Shown piece by piece: positions 57,200 to 64,000 of a DNA stretch of 64,000 nucleotides. A model generated the notes under the pieces. That model worked only from the letters and a program-made list of their open reading frames with translations, did no database searches and was not told the origin of the DNA. The number at the start of each line of letters is the position of its first letter. Within the stretch, counting starts at the first letter, position 1. The translations under genes were made by a program, and so were the position numbers. This stretch comes from Octopus vulgaris. Taxonomy: Eukaryota. The stretch covers positions 42,904,001 through 42,968,000 of the forward strand of contig OX597837.1 in NCBI GenBank assembly GCA_951406725.2, written 5' to 3'.

Positions 57200-57530
57200 C
57201 ACAAGGGCGGCTGGAAAGTTCGTAGGCTGACTATGGAGGAGTGATGCTGGAGTTACGAAATCTTGCATAATTTCTACCCGTCTTCTTAGTAATAATTTCT
57301 ACCCGTCTTCTTAGTAATAATTGTATCGTTTCTTTCTGAGGCAAACTGACATCTAACTGTTCAAAGAAGTAACTAGCAACGATTTCTCTTGAGAATGGAC
57401 AAATTTTGCTATCGTGGTGTTATCAAGTACTTGCAGAAAAACGGGTTTAGCCCCCAAGGTCATTCATACTGACATGGTTGCTACATGAAAGGAAGGCGCT
57501 CCAGCTTTACCAACAATACAAAAGTGGCAT
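57200..57530 (+). mobile_element. mariner 5' relic (left TIR and N-terminus)
   Basis: MDKFCYRGVIKYLQK...IHTDMVAT...APALPTIQKW; the TIR resembles the reverse complement of 23190-23222. Confidence 0.75.
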
Positions 57531-57868
57531 GGAACCTGACACTGAATGTAACCTTTGATTTTGTGTTCAGATAAGTCGCTTAATGCGTGACTGTACGATA
57601 CAAAGTCTAAGAAACCCGGACATTTTAGTCAGGCGTCGAAAGATATAAAACTGAGATATTACATTTACTAAAAATAAAATACTTCGCTTTATTTGGCCAC
57701 TTAGTCTATGTTACACTACTATAATGGTGGAGTGTCATTTGTGATTTAAATTCTGGTTGAAAATTTGTTTATTTCAGATTGTAGCGTGAAACCTCGGGTT
57801 CCAGAATTCTAAATTATATATATATATATATATGTATGTATATGTGTATTTGCGTGTGTGTACATACA

Positions 57869-57919
<51 letters not shown>

Positions 57920-57936
57920 AAAAATATATGCATATA

Positions 57937-57998
<62 letters not shown>

Positions 57999-58059
57999 TA
58001 TGCGGATATATTATATTGACGAAAAAACACCTATATATATATATATATATATATTCAAA

Positions 58060-58270
58060 ATGTGACCGCGTGTGTACCGTTGGCAATTTTTTCCCCTCCG
58101 TCTTCCCTTCCTTGGGTCTTTACTTTTCCTATGTTTCTGACGAAGAACTCTGCTCGAAACGTTAGATCCTCCTTCTTTCCTCCCTTTACTGAGCGTCCAA
58201 TAACACTATATTTGTTCCACGTCCTCGCGTTGTTGTGTTCTCTCTTTGTGTTTTCATGTTTGGATTAACT
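58060..58270 (+). mobile_element. Mini Penelope-like element, family 1, with minimal hammerhead (58134-58166)
   Basis: TTT-CTGACGA-A-GAAC tct GCTC-GAAACGT-T-AGA; homologous to 8383-8583; between TA-rich runs. Confidence 0.7.
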
Positions 58271-58399
58271 ATATATATATTATATATATATGTTATATGT
58301 ATATATATATGTATATATATATATGTATATATACATACACACGTTTCAGTTGTCTAAGAGTTCAGAAATCATAGAAAAATGCTCTCGTATATCTGTCAA

Positions 58400-59332
58400 T
58401 ACAGTGGGTATATCAATCGAAGTATACAGTATTATATATCCACTACGACCGATCTTTCCAGTCGGTTTCGCGCTAGGGATTTAAGGGAGTGTAAAGCAAC
58501 AGCCCGAGTATGTAACCCCGCACTCATCAGAGGTAGCCGTTATGGAGTGAAATATGGTGACTCTTTCCATTTGCGTTGGTAACCATTAGAAGATTTGCGG
58601 AATTTCAGAAGAGGTATAATATTCAAAAGATCATTCTCGAACGCTTCAAGGCTCTTGATCTTAGAGGAAGACTTTCCTGACTCAAAATTTTCTGTCTCCG
58701 TAGGCGGTTTGGGCTGGTCGAAGTAGAAGACCTTCCATCTCATTCACATGATCAAGTCGCTCAACTCCAGCAGCAGATTTCTGTTGAGCTCATTCGATGG
58801 AGTTGGGATATTCTCTGTTGAATATCCTAGGTTACACAATTCCAATTCCGTTGTAATAGATGTATATCTGTGTTGAATCATTGTTGACTATGTAGAGCGC
58901 ACTGCCGGGAAATGCAGCTATATGGCACAAGTCACGGACGATTTATTGGAATATATTCAACAGTTTGTGGCGGCGAGTGAGTATGCGTATAAGTCGTATA
59001 AGTGTCCATAAGACAGGAAAAACTGCATTCGTGTATCTAGCATCAGAGTGTATATATTAATCGAAGTGTACAATATTATATATCAATTACGGCCGATTTT
59101 AGCAATCCTTTTTGCGCTGGGGATTCAACGGAGTGTTAGGTAACAGTCCGGTTATGTAACCCTGAACTCATCAGAGGTAGCCGTTACAGAATAAAATAAA
59201 CGGCTACATCTGATGAGCGCAGGGTTACATATTCGGACTGTTACCTAACACTCCGGTGAATCCATAGTGCGAAACCGATTTGTAAGAGCAGCTGTAATGG
59301 ATATATAATACTGCACACTTCGACTGATTATA
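58400..59332 (-). mobile_element. Internally deleted Penelope-like retroelement with two direct pLTRs and one inverted pLTR
   Basis: ORF relic 58881-58540: LGYSTENIPTPS...LIM*MRWKVFYF...FENDLLNIIPLLKF (PLE N-terminal pattern). Repeats at ~58405-58542 and ~59050-59186 (minus) and ~59198-59332 (plus). Confidence 0.8.
58442..58537 (-). ncRNA. Hammerhead ribozyme with extended stem II and full stem III
   Basis: Reverse complement GCTAC-CT-CTGATGA-GTGC...GCGC-GAAA-CCGA ctggaaaga TCGG-TC-GTAGT; GUC cleavage triplet at 58449-58447; stem I needs a 2-nt bulge. Confidence 0.65.
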
Positions 59333-59359
59333 TATATATATATTCATATATATATATGT

Positions 59360-59395
<36 letters not shown>

Positions 59396-60516
59396 ATATG
59401 CATACATATACATTCATATACATGCATATATATATATATATATATTTATATATATGTATAAGCACACACATATACAGACACACGCACACACACATACACA
59501 CACACACACACACGCACACACACATACATGTATGCATAATGGCTTTCTGGGGAAACTTTCGAATGTTTGGAAAACTCTTATTTCGCATTAGACATTCTAT
59601 TTTATGTTGCTTACCTCTTGATTAAATAAAGAAAGGTGTTAGCTAGGTCGAATATTTGCAATCTGCAAGTCTCTTTGAAGTTGTCCATCGAACAATCGCG
59701 AAGGTGTAAACACTCCGAATATAATGAAATACTAATGCCAATCAGGTGACTGGCTTTCTCTGAGATACGGAGAAGAATGATTATTTTTTTCATTTATTAT
59801 TTATTTTATTGTCTGAAGCAGGCCAAATTATTATAGTAAAACCTTATCCAAGGCTTCGGCCAGATGTTTTCACCTTGTGCGTCGTGACAATATGGGTGTC
59901 ACAGCTAACTGCTAAAGGTGTTGCGAGATTTTTCCAGACGCCATTATGGATATCTGAATTACTAAATGGTTATCTATGGTTTCTTTTATTATGGTTTCTT
60001 TTATTAGCTACGTGGTTATCAGTAGACTACGTCGAGTTGAGAGGACCGCTTAATAGACTGATAAATGTAGATTCAGTCGTAGTACAGCGGCCATGCTGGA
60101 GTACTGCTGTGAAGGGTTTATAGTTGAGTAAACTGACACCAGTACATCTGTACCTTTTTTTTTGTTTTTTAAACTAGTACTTATTCTATCGGTGTCATTT
60201 GCCGTGCCACTACGCTACGGGGACGTAAACAAACCAACTCTTGTTCTCAAGTGGTGGTGGTGGAGGGCGACAAACACAAACACATAAACACACGCACACA
60301 TGCATACGTACATACCTACCTACCTACATACACACATACATACACATATGCATGTATGTATATATACGTAATTGTGCCCAAGGTGTCACACTGTGCCACA
60401 GAACCCGAAACAACCTGGTTGAAAAGCGAACTCCCTAGCCTGACAGCCAGTCTGCCTCTCGCTGAATTATGTCGCTTAGACAAACCTGACAAAGAGACTG
60501 ACAAACAAATGATATA

Positions 60517-60564
<48 letters not shown>

Positions 60565-60996
60565 ATATATATATATATACGTGTCTATATATATATATAA
60601 TTATATATTAAGTCTTCCGAGTCTTACAATCTACACAAAATTTATCTTAGCGCAAAGTGCAAGAGATTATTCGCAACTAAGATGGTCGTTTATTGCCTCT
60701 TGTTGATTTGTTACTACAGATGTGAGGAAATAGGATTCGAGGAATTAGGGACATGCGTGGCTGTGTGGTTAAGAAGAGCGCTTTGCAACGCCATGGTTTC
60801 GAGTTCAGTTGCACAGCGCAGCATCTTGTGCCACTCCCCCCTACTATACCTCCGAGCTAACCTATGTCTTGTGAGTGGATTCGTTGATGGTAACTAAGTG
60901 AAAACCCGTCAGAAGCCAGTCGTATACACACACACGCACGCATTAAAAAAATAATAAGTAATGGTGTCGATTTCTCATTCGACTGAAAAAATTATT

Positions 60997-61157
60997 CAGG
61001 AGTGGCTGTGTGGTAAGTAGCTTACTAACCAACCACATGGTTCCGGGTTCAGTCCCACTGCGTGGCACTTCGGGCAAGTGTCTTCTGCTATAGCCCCGGG
61101 CCGACCAATGCCTTGTGTGTGGATTTGGAAGACGGAAACTGAAAGAAGCCTGTCGTA

Positions 61158-61218
<61 letters not shown>

Positions 61219-61420
61219 TTGTGTGTCTGTGTTTGTCCCCCTAGCATTGCTTGACAACCGATGCTAGTGTGTTTACGTCTCCGTCACCTAGCGGTTCGAC
61301 AAAAAGAGACCGATAGAATAAGTACTGGGCTTACAAAAGAATAAGTCCCGGGGTCGATTTGGTTGACTAAAGGCGGTGCTCCAGCATGGCCGCAGTCAAA
61401 TAGCTGAAGCAAGTAAAAGA
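60997..61420 (+). mobile_element. SINE family B, full length
   Basis: Homologous to the other family B copies. Confidence 0.85.
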
Positions 61421-61949
61421 AAAAAAAAGAAAAAGATAGGTGATGCTCCAGTATCGCCGCAGTCTAATGACTGAAACAAGCGAAAGATAACGGATAATAG
61501 TTACATAGATACATTGACAGACGCGCGGGTGTAACCCTCCACCCGACGGCAGCCAGACTGATATCAATCTGTCCATCAACGTCTTGTTACGAAGATGTCC
61601 ATTGAAGATGTTTACTCAGAGACATCTTAGATGGCTCACAGCTTTCTGTACAGACTGGACGATTGTTTCAATCGGGGTGGATTGAGGTTGTGGCAGGAAT
61701 GGTGGGGGTGGGGGTGGAACTCGACTGTAACGATGGGTAGCTGGGCTGGGTGGGTGCAGTGTCAGAAGATAGGACTTAGTGGAAATAATACCAGCTTCAC
61801 AACTATCACCAAGTTATTAACGCGCGCGCACACGCACACACACACACACGCGCACACACTGACACTTCCATCCGCATACACTCGTACATACTGCTCCCCC
61901 ACCCGGATATTTATTAACTATTTCTAATCTTCATAAATGCCACTGTTTC

Positions 61950-62410
61950 TCCCCATCACCAATACCACCACCACTACCACCACCACTGTCATCATCATCA
62001 TCGTCATCATCATCGTCATCATCATCATCATCACCAACATCATCATTAGCACGATAATTTCTACCTTCCACCTCCTCCTCCCCATCATCATCATCCCCTT
62101 CATCACCAGCATCAACAGCACCAACAACTGCAGCATGACATTCACCACAACTACTACCACCACCACCACCACCACCACCACCACCATCACCATCAACACC
62201 ACCACCGCCACCAAAATCACCACCACCAACACCACCACCACGTCCGCCACGTACGTCACCGCCCTCGTCATCAACGTCATCATTATCACAGTGACCCTTC
62301 CCCTCCGCCTCTACCTCCTTCTCATCATCCCCTACACCACCAACACCAGCATCAACAGAAGCATTACATTCACTCCTACCGCCTCCGCCGTCACCACCAC
62401 CACCACCACC
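61950..62410. repeat. (CAC)n/(CAT)n low-complexity tract
   Basis: Direct reading. Confidence 0.9.
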
Positions 62411-62479
62411 ATATATATATATATATGTATGTATATAAACTTAGATAAATTTAGATGTTTCGACTAAAGATTGGTTCAA

Positions 62480-63235
62480 GCCATGTTTAACTTAATAGCA
62501 CCACCTGATAGGATTATCTAAATCCTTTTCAAGTCTAGTTTTGTGGCATCATGGTCCTTTCGAGTTGGGAGTTCTTGTTGAGCGAGTTCTAGCCAGGTAC
62601 AGGTAGCTTATCTGGTATTCCTTGAAGAAATTTGTCCAGATTCCGTTTAAAGGTGATGGTCTCTTTTTCCTCTTTGATCTGTTTTGGGACAATGTTAAGT
62701 TGTGTAGGGCATGCTCAGGAAACGAAATTGCGTTGCAGTGTGTTTATGTGTTGAGATCCTGAACTGGGTAGGGGACGTATGGCCCGTGCTCCTAGCCTTG
62801 GGTGAATTTTGAAGCCAATGTTCAGGACGTTTGGGCAATGCTGGCCGTATATCCTCAACATTTATTTCTTTACTACCCACAAGGGGCTAAACATAGAGGG
62901 GACAAACAAGGACAGACAAAGGGATTAAGTCGATTACATCGACCCCAGTGCGAGACTGGCACTTTATTTATCGACCCCGAAAGGATGAAAGGCAAAGTCA
63001 ACCTCGGTGGAATTTGAACTCAGAACGTAACGACAGACGAACTACCGCTAAACATTTCGCCCGGCGCGCTAACGTTTCTTCCAACTCGCCGCCAATACAC
63101 TGCTGGCGGTATATTCTCCACATTGTGCAAATGATGTATCGCTCGCGGCAGCCCTGGAGAGAGTAGAGTTTCAATTCTTTAAGGCGGTCCCAGTGAACGA
63201 GATCAGTCATGCTCTTAATTCGTTTAGTGAATCCA
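62480..63235 (-). mobile_element. CR1-group LINE 3' end, interrupted by a family A SINE (62861-63093)
   Basis: WDRLKELKLYSLQGCRERYII; GFKIHPRLG...FKRNLDKFLQGIPDKLPVPG. Confidence 0.8.
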
Positions 63236-63588
63236 CACAGTTTCCGCTTACCACATTCACATACAATGGTTCAATCGGCCCTTGACTATAGTAAAAAGAA
63301 CATAGTTACCCAAGGTGTCACGCAATGTACTGAACGCGAAATGTGGTAGTTGCAAAGCGACCTTCTCAAGCACCGGCCATGCGGAATCCCATAACAATGC
63401 TTGCGCTGATAGATTTTCCAATGCGAAGCTTCAGACGAAATTATAGAAACTGAGACAATACAAAAGTATTTAAAGACTATTAGATGCGTCCAGCGAGAAA
63501 CAACTTTCGCCCACTCAGCGAGAGACGAGTGGGCGAAAGTTGACTGCAGTTTTATGGTTAGAATGACTATTAGCGGAAATAAAAAAAA

Positions 63589-63648
<60 letters not shown>

Positions 63649-63893
63649 GTATATATATATAAAATATACGTTACGAAATAGGAGTAAAATCGATGCGTTG
63701 TGAAATAAATATTATTGCTGGATGGATGAATTCACTGCCAGCCATGGGAAATATAATTAAAAGTTTTAAAATATTAATATTTTTTTTTTGAGAAATAAAA
63801 ATATAAATAAATCAATAAAAAGATTCTTTGATAAATAGAGGAAGAGAAAATGGAGGAAGTCCAAGTGAACGAACGTAAAAGGGAAAGAGAGAA

Positions 63894-63951
<58 letters not shown>

Positions 63952-64000
63952 GGACGGATATATATATATAGAGAGGGTGAGGGAGAGGGAAAGGGAAAAA

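Overview
AT-rich, microsatellite-saturated eukaryotic DNA. The dense (TA)n, (CA)n, (TATG)n, (GA)n and trinucleotide runs and the tRNA-derived SINE families point to a cephalopod, most likely Octopus (inference, no database search). No intact protein-coding gene can be supported; almost all ORFs in the track are microsatellite artefacts. Recognisable content: at least four SINE families, one in head-to-tail multimers bounded by single TSDs; fragments of R4/Dong, RTE and CR1-group LINEs; Tc1, mariner and piggyBac transposase relics; two long-inverted-repeat elements; and a Lep1/Helentron-like element. The most notable signal is hammerhead ribozyme (HHR) motifs. An internally deleted Penelope-like element at 58.4-59.3 kb carries three pLTR copies (two direct, one inverted) with an extended-stem HHR, and five short elements with minimal Penelope-type HHRs sit in TA-rich microsatellites. 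A 2-kb extremely AT-rich block (47.5-49.5 kb) reads as a decayed CR1-group RT with YADD changed to YANN. A few isolated splice-site-bounded candidate exons are reported with low confidence.
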